A DNA stretch of 64,000 bases from Patescibacteria group bacterium (GTDB taxonomy: Bacteria; Patescibacteriota; Minisyncoccia; Phycocordibacterales; Zambryskibacteraceae), in contig SCSN01000005.1 in NCBI GenBank assembly GCA_004322205.1, forward strand, positions 6,642-70,641, in the 5' to 3' direction. The notes below the pieces were generated by a model. It did no database searches. It was not told the DNA's origin and saw nothing but the letters and a program-made list of their open reading frames with translations. This document shows positions 50,698 through 58,190 of the stretch, one piece after another (within the stretch, counting starts at the first letter, position 1; every line of letters begins with the position of its first letter). Made by a program: the position numbers and the translations under genes.

Positions 50698-51072
50698 CTA
50701 ATGAATTCTCCGCCGAGGGTCAGGCAGTTCCTCATTGTCGAGCTTGATAGCCAGAGCAAGAACGAGAAGAGCATTTCTCACTCTGGGGCTTCTGCCGCCG
50801 CCAATGAGAGGTACTCTAAAGCGGTGAGTGAAGTGTCGGTCGCCGGATTCCGGGTCAATGTCCGAAATGATGTCAATCCAGCCATCACTGTCCTGGCTGA
50901 AGCTGACTCCAAGAGTGCTGTCGAGGCCGTCGGTGTCGTCGCTCCTGCGCCTGTAGATAATGTTCGGCTGGAGCGCCGAGAGCCAGAAGTGGCCCTCGAG
51001 CAAGAGCTTCGCAAGCTCGTCCGGATATCGCTTCACCAACTTCCGCAGTCGATTCAGGGTTCTCTTGTCTGC
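50698..51072 (-). CDS. Hypothetical protein of about 125 aa (start taken at the internal Met MPADKRTLNRL)
   Basis: ORF only. A charged N-terminal helix (RLRKLVKRYPDELAKLLLEGH). No family assigned. Confidence 0.35.
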   Translation of the reverse strand, partial: ADKRTLNRLRKLVKRYPDELAKLLLEGHFWLSALQPNIIYRRRSDDTDGLDSTLGVSFSQDSDGWIDIISDIDPESGDRHFTHRFRVPLIGGGRSPRVRNALLVLALAIKLDNEELPDPRRRIH

Positions 51073-51261
51073 GGGCATCTCACACGCTCCTACGAAAATG
51101 AAGAAGCGGGTCTTCCGACAGACTATCACCGTAAACAGAACTTGCAAACTACTCCTTTATTCTAATGTTCTCAAGAACATTAGAATAAGACAACAAAATG
51201 GTGAAAATAGAGATGTTCAGTAAAACACCTTGCGTTTCTTGTACAGTTTTCATAAAGAACC

Positions 51262-51305
51262 TCGCCCCAAGGGGGACTAGGCATTAGGAGCCCCCTTGGG
51301 GCGAA
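51262..51305. terminator. Long GC-rich inverted repeat / terminator-like hairpin at the boundary between the GC-rich segment and the AT-rich island
   Basis: AAAGAACCTCGCCCCAAGGGGG-ACTAGGCATTAGGAG-CCCCCTTGGGGCGAACCGGGGTGTTCTTT. Confidence 0.4.
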
Positions 51306-51911
51306 CCGGGGTGTTCTTTGTTGTGGAAGCGCGAAACTCCGCTCGCAACGGATTATTATGCGGCCATCCATCCCCGGCCGCCCAGCCTTCGCAGCCGAAG
51401 CGGCTGCTTCGGCAGAGTAGGCCAAGCAGACGGGGTATTCTGGCCGCTTACAATAAAAACCAACGCCCACTCGGAGAGTGGGCGTGCGTTGCGCGCAGTT
51501 ATGCCAAACCACAGGAGGAGCAATGGGCGAGGATGATGGACAGTATCATGAGTATGACCATGATAATGTTCAGCACCAACCCTCCCCACTTCAGGAACCG
51601 ATTAGCAGAACGACTGCTTCCAATCACGAGAACAATCTCCTCACTGGGAGATATCTTAACGATAGCTCGACGACATGAGCCGACGATATGCATAATCAAC
51701 CTGTTCTCGCGAAAGCTACAATCCGTCCTGCGGTGGTGCATGTGCCCTCCTTCGGGCAGTTGAAAGGTACACGCTGTCTTCTGCCCACACCAAACAGTGG
51801 GACCGGACAGCACAAGGAATCATACCAGAACTTTGAGAAGATACTGTGAATAACAAATTTCTTAGAAAAGACGTTATAGTGTCATGAAGGTGTTTTGCTG
51901 ATTAGGAAAGA

Positions 51912-52247
51912 TCACCAAAACAATTTTTCTAACTCGCTTGAAGCAAGTAAAAACGACCTGTAGGTAAAGTAACCCAAAATAAAATCACCAATTATCACAA
52001 AGAGAAAAACTCTCGTTCTTTTTCTCACAACCTGATCTCGGTTACCCAAGAACCCGATTAAAGCAAGTGTTAAATCTACTGCAACAAAATAGATACCTGC
52101 CTTCCAAAGAACATACGACGGCAAATACGAATTAAACAACGAAGAGACGCCTAGAATTGCAACGAATCCTAACAACAAAAAAACAGATAAATGAAAAATG
52201 GTGGTTCGAGGTCTCATTGAATATTTATAAATTATCCAACAACCCAT
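51912..52247 (-). CDS. Small multi-TM membrane protein (array member 4)
   Basis: About 100 aa with 3 TM helices. Preceded by a cassette-repeat remnant (...VEMLNGLLDNL*). Confidence 0.45.
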   Translation of the reverse strand: MGCWIIYKYSMRPRTTIFHLSVFLLLGFVAILGVSSLFNSYLPSYVLWKAGIYFVAVDLTLALIGFLGNRDQVVRKRTRVFLFVIIGDFILGYFTYRSFLLASSELEKLFW

Positions 52248-52290
52248 TCAACATTTCAACTAAGAGCATCTTAGCGGCCAGATCAAAAAA
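52215..52290. repeat. Cassette repeat, copy 1 (shortest remnant)
   Basis: TTTATAAATTATCCAACAACCCATTCAACATTTCAACTAA... matches the 3' ~45 nt of the copies at 52912 and 53342. Confidence 0.5.
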
Positions 52291-52460
52291 CATTGTGCTT
52301 CGGGTACGGCAATGTCTCCTCACTAAAACAACATTCTCACGCTCCTAGGAACGTGAGAATGTTGTCAGATGCGCAAAGAGCAACACTCTGCTCTCCGATC
52401 CAGAGCGAGCGATTATTTACAGCAATAGTGTAGTCTTAATGCATTCTCTACTTTAAACAC

Positions 52461-52907
52461 TTATCTATCATCCTCAAAGTTTCGAGACTTAAGAGACCTG
52501 AACCTCCAAATTTGAGCAACGTATAGAACCACGGTAGATATAACAGATAAGATAAATAAGCCCTTGGCAAGTAGTTGAGTGTTGGCGATTCGATCACACG
52601 GAATTGCCCAAGCACTACAATAAACAGGTGATTGAAATATCAGAAACACAGAAACAGCAACAGCCGCAGATAGTATTGTTATCCATATTTTAAAAAACAT
52701 CCCTCGCAGAAAGAACCCTACGACTATGGAAATGGCCAAAAAACGCAAGTAAATCTCCAGAGGCTCTAACACTGTTGGTCCCAACAAGTACAAAGTCAGA
52801 TTATAACCACCCACATGAGAGTAAGTAAGTAATATATAGAATAACAGAGCTATTATGAAAAATGTTAGTACAAATTTTTTTTCTTTCGTCTTAGGCATAT
52901 TAACCAT
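52461..52907 (-). CDS. Small multi-TM membrane protein (array member 3)
   Basis: 148 aa with 4 TM helices. Preceded by a cassette-repeat remnant with no start codon. Confidence 0.45.
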   Translation of the reverse strand: MVNMPKTKEKKFVLTFFIIALLFYILLTYSHVGGYNLTLYLLGPTVLEPLEIYLRFLAISIVVGFFLRGMFFKIWITILSAAVAVSVFLIFQSPVYCSAWAIPCDRIANTQLLAKGLFILSVISTVVLYVAQIWRFRSLKSRNFEDDR

Positions 52908-52911
52908 TATT

Positions 52912-53045
52912 TAAATTATCCAACAATCTATTTAACATTTCAACTAAAACCGCTTTATCCGCATCACCAATTTGAGATGGCTTTTTCTCCCGAATGGAGG
53001 AGATAAGTTTGCTGATTAGAGATTTAGCGTCTTCTCTTGCTTTTC
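52912..53045. repeat. Cassette repeat, copy 2 (about 130 nt, about 90% identical to copy 3, lacks a start codon)
   Basis: TATTTAAATTATCCAACAATCTATTTAACATTTCAACTAAAACCGCTTTATCCGCATCACCAATTTGAGATGGCTTTTTCTCCCGAATGGAGGAGATAAGTTTGCTGATTAGAGATTTAGCGTCTTC. Confidence 0.55.
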
Positions 53046-53050
53046 GTGGC

Positions 53051-53350
53051 TTACCAAATCTGAAAATCTTGCAAGCTTTTATACGTTACAGCGACCAAAA
53101 CAACGCCTGATAAAACCAGGAAAACAGATAGGAAAAGCAAATGATATAACTCATTGGAAAGTATTTGATATTTAACGTTTAACTTCAGAATGCGAATGAC
53201 CAGTAGAAAAATCAACACAAGAAGACCAAGGGGGAGTAAGAAAAGTATCGGACCATACAACCAAGACGCTGGCTCAACGAAACCAAGCAAGATGACAAAA
53301 AAAGCTGAAGCCAATTCAAAAAAGAATAGTGCCTTGAGTATCTTATGCAT
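53051..53350 (-). CDS. Small multi-TM membrane protein (array member 2)
   Basis: 99 aa with 3 TM helices. Follows the intact 67-aa partner gene. Confidence 0.45.
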   Translation of the reverse strand: MHKILKALFFFELASAFFVILLGFVEPASWLYGPILFLLPLGLLVLIFLLVIRILKLNVKYQILSNELYHLLFLSVFLVLSGVVLVAVTYKSLQDFQIW

Positions 53351-53480
53351 TTATTGATTTCTATAAATTATCTAACAATTTATAGAACATTTCAACTAAA
53401 ACTGTTTTATCCGCATCGCTAATTTGGGATGGTTTTTTCTCCCGAATGGATGAGATAAGCCGACTGATTAGAGATTTAGC
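53342..53480. repeat. Cassette repeat, copy 3 (intact; 3' part of the 67-aa gene plus downstream flank)
   Basis: TTTATTGATTTCTATAAATTATCTAACAATTTATAGAACATTTCAACTAAAACTGTTTTATCCGCATCGCTAATTTGGGATGGTTTTTTCTCCCGAATGGATGAGATAAGCCGACTGATTAGAGATTTAGCATCCTC. Confidence 0.55.
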
Positions 53481-53564
53481 ATCCTCGTTTTTACCTTGCG
53501 TACAAAACGTACACAGATTGGAGTCAGGTAGACTTTGTTTTTGCAATAATTTGCCTGAGAACAA
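53361..53564 (-). CDS. Small soluble 67-aa protein whose C-terminal ~40 codons and 3'-flank form the repeated cassette
   Basis: MFSGKLLQKQSLPDSNLCTFCTQGKNEDAKSLISRLISSIREKKPSQISDADKTVLVEMFYKLLDNL. The remnants at 52912-53045 and 52215-52290 encode ...DAKSLISKLISSIREKKPSQIGDADKAVLVEMLNRLLDNL and ...KMLLVEMLNGLLDNL. Confidence 0.45.
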   Translation of the reverse strand: MFSGKLLQKQSLPDSNLCTFCTQGKNEDAKSLISRLISSIREKKPSQISDADKTVLVEMFYKLLDNL

Positions 53565-53910
53565 TACCTAGGGTAAGAGCAACGATTAGCACCAATACAT
53601 AGAACCAAAGATGCTTAATAAAATAGGGGTCGAAGCTGATTAAATAAATGAGCGGCAGAATAAGTAAAATTCCAAGAATTACATAATCCGTCTTTTTTGC
53701 TAAATAGGAAAGAAACAACGTGCTGAAAAAAATAAACGCGGGAGCTATGCCGGAAAAATATTCAGAAGCGTCTGGTCCAATCCAACCGCCCCCACACTCA
53801 AAGTTAAGACAGAACAATTTTCCAAAAATAAGAGACGTATAATGTGAAAAGATTAATATTAAAATAACTCCTATAATTCTAATAAACGCTTCCATATTAA
53901 TGATTATCAA
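53524..53910 (-). CDS. Small multi-TM membrane protein (array member 1), start overlapping the lipase gene stop
   Basis: 128 aa with 4 TM helices. Confidence 0.45.
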   Translation of the reverse strand: MIIINMEAFIRIIGVILILIFSHYTSLIFGKLFCLNFECGGGWIGPDASEYFSGIAPAFIFFSTLFLSYLAKKTDYVILGILLILPLIYLISFDPYFIKHLWFYVLVLIVALTLGIVLRQIIAKTKST

Positions 53911-56561
53911 TTATTAATTAACCATTCAATGTCTTCTTTGATTAAATTATACGCCCGCTCATTAATTTTGTCCTTTTCATAGAGTTTTAAATCCAAAATA
54001 AGGGCTTTGAGTAATTTTTTATCAATCTTTTTTCCTGATTTTGCCGAATTAACCTTTTTAATCAGGGCATCTCTGCTCTTTTTGTCTTTTATCCAGCCCA
54101 AATGATAAGACCTGTTTATATCAGATATTGTGCTATCAATCGTTGCAATAATATTAAAGTTTACCGATGATCTTGACATATTGAAGAACATATCAAAAGC
54201 CGAAGCGGAAACAAAATGTTCCCCCAATTCTTCAAAAAACAAATCAATTGAGATATTACTACTAGTCGGCTTATCATCAAAAAGTATCGTTGATGAAGCA
54301 ATCCCTGAATTATCATCAGAAATGTTTACATCAATTGATAATGTTTCTGATCTCAAGTAATCTTTGTGGGTTGGCGAATTAATAGAAACTAAAGGAGAAG
54401 TGGTGTCTTCCGGAATTGCTTTAAGAGGAACCTCCTTGTCTGAATCTATGCCTAATAAAATGTTTTGAATTAGCTGCGGCTCTGTTATTCCTAGAATATC
54501 TTCTTCAGCGGATTTCTCCCCATCAAAATATCCCATTGCTAATGTGTACTCTCCACTTCCTGTTCCCTGAACTTGAACCATATATTCGCCATCAAGCGGA
54601 TTTGGTATTGAAACAAATTCACTGTCGGTGAGAAAGCCAGAATAAAAGGCGCCTAGAACTTCATTAATTTCCTGCCCTGTTGTGAAGTCTTTGCCGACTT
54701 TTTTGCCGTCCGGTGCAATTACCAAAATATCTGCCGGGGAGAGAACCTTTATAATAATTGATTTGAAGTTCGGCACGTTTGGATTGTCAATAATAATTGT
54801 GGCATTTCGACCGGTGAGTCTATTGAATACTAAATCACTGAACTGTTCTGGCAATCTCGAATGTTTTACATCTCTTAGTACAACATCTAATACTGGCATG
54901 CTGTCGGAACTTACTATTGGTACAGTTTTATCACCTTGGACTCTCTCCAACCCATTGTCAGAAGAATTAGAGTCTTTAAATCCATCGGGGTACCCGTCTT
55001 CCCACATTGGAGAAGTGCTAGCCGCAACAACTCTTATTGTGCCAATTGTATCTGCTCCCGTATTTCCGATAAAATTGGAAATTTTTACACCAGAATTTAG
55101 CAAAGAATTGGTATTTGCCGAAAGCGCTTCGAGGAAATTATTTATTGGATATCCAAGAGGATAATTCCTTAACTGATTTGAACTCTTATCCTTCAAATAA
55201 TCGTAAATTGGTAATAATTCTTGGATAGATACGACTGGCTTATTTCTTACATAATCAAAAATAGATTGATAATTACTTTTCTGCGCTTCCCTAAGAAAAA
55301 AGAACTTTTTTACACTATCAAAAACATCTCTTATATCAATTTCTCCCCCTTCCCATGTTAAGTAGGCCTCGGGGGCCCCTAAGTGCGGGGTGCCGAGAAA
55401 TATCAATTGGCCAACATCTCCTTGATACTTGCTTGACTGAATATACTCGCGCGCGATCAGACCACCCATTGAATGCGCAACTAAGTCAACCTTTGCGCAC
55501 TGGCAGGTATTTTTTACTTCGTCAATTTTAAAACGAAGATTAATGGCATTAACCACATTAGACAATCTCCAGTCGTAGGGAAACGTAAAGAGATTTTGAT
55601 CATTGGCATAACCATTTGCCTTCAAAGTGTCGAGAAGGTCGTCGTATGTATGTAAAACAGGATCGATGACCCACGCCCCGCTCTTTAGCTGTGAACCAAG
55701 AAGGCCGGGGATGATAATCACAGGATCTAATTTAGTTTGTTGCCCCGGGGGTGCGCCGAGCCAAGGGATAAAATCTATTCTTTCCGAAATTGGTTGTCCG
55801 AGACCGTTAGGATTAACAATGGGATTACTTGGACCCGTAGGATCACCCCACCAACTGAACCTTGCATCGGCTTGAGTGGCGCCGGAGTTATTGTAGGCAA
55901 CAACGTTCCGCTCAAAAGAAGAATGGGTCGCGCTTGAACTACCCACCTCAATAAAAATCCCTGCGTCGTTGTCAGTAAAAGTAGAACCAGTGATATCTAT
56001 ACTCCCGGTGTTCTCTCTCACGGCAGCAAAACCGTTAAAGGAAAACGTGCTTGTACTCACAGTCACTAAACCGCCTTCATTGAAAAGGGCGCCCAATTCG
56101 CTGACAAAGATATTTGGAGTGATACCTCCTCCATATTCGAACACGAGATTATTCAGAACACCTTGAGAGCCTGAATAAAATCGAACTCCATGAAAATCGT
56201 TTTTCTGTGGGAAAGTCGCGCTTCCGTCCCCGTTCGAATCCCCTCCAACCGAGTCATCCCTTACAGAAGTAAAGTGAACTGGTTCCGCCGCCGTGCCATT
56301 AACAACAAGTTGGCCGAAAACATGTATTCTGCCATTGTCTGTAACACCGCGCCCAAATTTCACAACTGTGCCCGGATCAATAGTTAGAGTTGCACCGGGA
56401 AAAATCGAAAAAAATATATCACCCAGAATCAAATACGGGTCATTTGTCTTTGTCCAGGTCGTATCAACTGTTATATCTTGCTGAACTAGAGTGGCGGCTA
56501 GAGTGTTTCTAGCTGCGAGAAGTGCCAACAACACAAAGCCGACAAGAAAAACTCTTTTCAC
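53907..56561 (-). CDS. Secreted 884-aa protein with an N-terminal right-handed beta-helix-like region and a central LCAT/PGAP1-like alpha/beta-hydrolase (lipase/acyltransferase) domain; GTG start
   Basis: Signal peptide MKRVFLVGFVLLALLAARNTLA. G/N/T/S-rich beta-helix-like repeats at residues 60-260. Lipase core: PVIIIPGLLGS...YDWRLS...VDLVAHSMGGLIAREYI (GxSxG)...FLGTPHLGA. Long C-terminal region with a K-rich tail. Confidence 0.7.
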   Translation of the reverse strand: MKRVFLVGFVLLALLAARNTLAATLVQQDITVDTTWTKTNDPYLILGDIFFSIFPGATLTIDPGTVVKFGRGVTDNGRIHVFGQLVVNGTAAEPVHFTSVRDDSVGGDSNGDGSATFPQKNDFHGVRFYSGSQGVLNNLVFEYGGGITPNIFVSELGALFNEGGLVTVSTSTFSFNGFAAVRENTGSIDITGSTFTDNDAGIFIEVGSSSATHSSFERNVVAYNNSGATQADARFSWWGDPTGPSNPIVNPNGLGQPISERIDFIPWLGAPPGQQTKLDPVIIIPGLLGSQLKSGAWVIDPVLHTYDDLLDTLKANGYANDQNLFTFPYDWRLSNVVNAINLRFKIDEVKNTCQCAKVDLVAHSMGGLIAREYIQSSKYQGDVGQLIFLGTPHLGAPEAYLTWEGGEIDIRDVFDSVKKFFFLREAQKSNYQSIFDYVRNKPVVSIQELLPIYDYLKDKSSNQLRNYPLGYPINNFLEALSANTNSLLNSGVKISNFIGNTGADTIGTIRVVAASTSPMWEDGYPDGFKDSNSSDNGLERVQGDKTVPIVSSDSMPVLDVVLRDVKHSRLPEQFSDLVFNRLTGRNATIIIDNPNVPNFKSIIIKVLSPADILVIAPDGKKVGKDFTTGQEINEVLGAFYSGFLTDSEFVSIPNPLDGEYMVQVQGTGSGEYTLAMGYFDGEKSAEEDILGITEPQLIQNILLGIDSDKEVPLKAIPEDTTSPLVSINSPTHKDYLRSETLSIDVNISDDNSGIASSTILFDDKPTSSNISIDLFFEELGEHFVSASAFDMFFNMSRSSVNFNIIATIDSTISDINRSYHLGWIKDKKSRDALIKKVNSAKSGKKIDKKLLKALILDLKLYEKDKINERAYNLIKEDIEWLINN

Positions 56562-56563
56562 GA

Positions 56564-57916
56564 TTAGCGAAAAATACTTTTAAAGAATGCAATGATTTTG
56601 CTCCAAAATCCTTTCGGCCGCTCAACCACATAGACATTCGCCGCCGCCGCGGTTTGGTCTTCTTGCGGCTCGACTTCAGACAGCTGGGGAGCTTGGCTTA
56701 CAAGTTCCGCATTGTCGCTATCCTTCTTCGCAGTCTTCTGCTTGCTGTCCGCTGCCAGCTCTTGCCGAACACTGTCTTCTTCTTTCACCTTGGGTTCTGC
56801 CGCTTGCGTCACACGGTATGCGTATTCTGCTCCAAGGGGGTAAAAAATTTTAACAACCGACCCCGGGACGAGCGCAAAACCAGTCACTTCAGAGCCGAGA
56901 GTGAGTTTTCCTTTCCCAACAAGAATAGTATCTCGCGGAAAAACAAACGTTTTACCATCTGCCAAAAGTTTCCACTCCTGCAAGTTGATTTCGTGGCTGG
57001 AGAGATTGCGAATTTCAAGCAACCCGCTGGACAGAACCGAAACAGCAAGTTCCGGCTCTACCACTTTAATATTCACCCGATCGGTTGCTCGTTCATCGCC
57101 GTTTGAGACATTCAAGACCGCCACATAATCGCCCGGGTAGCGATAGTTGTAGCTGACTTCCTGACCGTATTTTATTGACCCGTCACCGAGCGACCAGGTA
57201 AATACACCGCCGCGGGTTCTCTGCGAACTTTTAATTTCCCCCCGAAGAATGACGACACTGCCCACCGCTGTTAGCCGATCCTTGCCGGCATCGACAACAA
57301 AGGAATCTGTCTGCTCTGATTCAGACGTGGCGGCCTGCGAAGTTTGAGTTTGAGATGAAGAGTCAGATGAACTCGACGAGGTCTGCGTCTGGCCTGAACC
57401 GGAAGAGCTCTGTGTGCCGCCAGCCGATGCACCTGCGCTGGCGCCCTGCCCCGGGGTTGGAGTTCCTGCTGTCAAATTTCCTCCCGAGCGGTGAAGCGAG
57501 TTGCCGTCTCCGGCCGCTCCGAGCGATGAAGAATACGAAATTGTATCCCGATCTGTGCCCGCCTCATCCCGAAGGACAAGTGTCTCGCCGGTATTTCCGA
57601 GGCTAAAAGAGCTGTCAAACAAAATCCCGGAGAAGTTTGGCCAATCGAGGAGAAACTTGGCGCTGTTATCAGCTATCACCGCATACTCACCGGCGCCAAG
57701 TGTTGCATTCCCCTGAACAATATTAAGAGTATGATTGGTATTTCCCTCAAAAAATCTCCATTGCGAGAGATCGACAGCGGAAGAGCCTTGGTTTTGAACT
57801 TCAACCCATTCGCGGTCGGTGTCGGTGCCGGAGAGATCGTACATAATCTCGGAAATGACAACCTGCGCAGAGAGGGGGAGCGGAAGAAGAAAGAGAACGG
57901 GCAGAAGTTTTTTCAT
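56564..57916 (-). CDS. Secreted lamin-tail-domain (LTD) protein with an S/T/Q-rich linker and C-terminal beta-rich domains
   Basis: Signal peptide MKKLLPVLFLLPLPLSAQ. LTD signature VVISEIMYDLSGTDTDREWVEVQNQGSSAVDLSQWRF...GEYAVIADN. Linker GGTQSSSGSGQTQTSSSSSDSSSQTQTSQ. Confidence 0.7.
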   Translation of the reverse strand: MKKLLPVLFLLPLPLSAQVVISEIMYDLSGTDTDREWVEVQNQGSSAVDLSQWRFFEGNTNHTLNIVQGNATLGAGEYAVIADNSAKFLLDWPNFSGILFDSSFSLGNTGETLVLRDEAGTDRDTISYSSSLGAAGDGNSLHRSGGNLTAGTPTPGQGASAGASAGGTQSSSGSGQTQTSSSSSDSSSQTQTSQAATSESEQTDSFVVDAGKDRLTAVGSVVILRGEIKSSQRTRGGVFTWSLGDGSIKYGQEVSYNYRYPGDYVAVLNVSNGDERATDRVNIKVVEPELAVSVLSSGLLEIRNLSSHEINLQEWKLLADGKTFVFPRDTILVGKGKLTLGSEVTGFALVPGSVVKIFYPLGAEYAYRVTQAAEPKVKEEDSVRQELAADSKQKTAKKDSDNAELVSQAPQLSEVEPQEDQTAAAANVYVVERPKGFWSKIIAFFKSIFR

Positions 57917-57922
57917 ATCCGG

Positions 57923-58093
57923 CTATTGATTCGTTGTGCCTTGACGAGCCTCAACGTATGAGCTTTCAGGCGGAAGGATTTGATTCTTCTGGCCGGCATA
58001 TTTGGTTAGGAGAAGAATAATGAGACTGACGGCGAGAATGGCAAGAAAACCAAAGAGGAACTTGAAAAATGTCTTGTCAAAATAGCGAAGCAT
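57923..58093 (-). CDS. Possible 56-aa single-TM protein upstream of the LTD gene
   Basis: MLRYFDKTFFKFLFGFLAILAVSLIILLLTKYAGQKNQILPPESSYVEARQGTTNQ, found by eye; under the 60-aa ORF-track cutoff. Confidence 0.25.
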   Translation of the reverse strand: MLRYFDKTFFKFLFGFLAILAVSLIILLLTKYAGQKNQILPPESSYVEARQGTTNQ

Positions 58094-58123
58094 AAAGCCA
58101 TCCTAGCATTTTTTGCGCAAAAC

Positions 58124-58150
58124 GAAAACCCCCGCAATGCGGGGGTTTTC
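58124..58150 (-). terminator. Bidirectional rho-independent terminator
   Basis: AAAACCCCCGCAATGCGGGGGTTTT. Confidence 0.6.
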
Positions 58151-58190
58151 GCAACCAGCTAGCTTACGCTAGCTCGAGAGTCTGCTTGCT

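Noticed and set aside
51296-51813. Possible ncRNA (tmRNA, RNase P, SRP) in the ORF-poor GC-rich 51.3-51.8 kb stretch
   Set aside because: Hairpins are present, but none of the diagnostic conserved blocks were found. They are the tmRNA tRNA-like end, RNase P AGGAAAGUCCGGGCUC, and SRP GGUCCGGAAGGAAGCAGC. The question is left open for Rfam.
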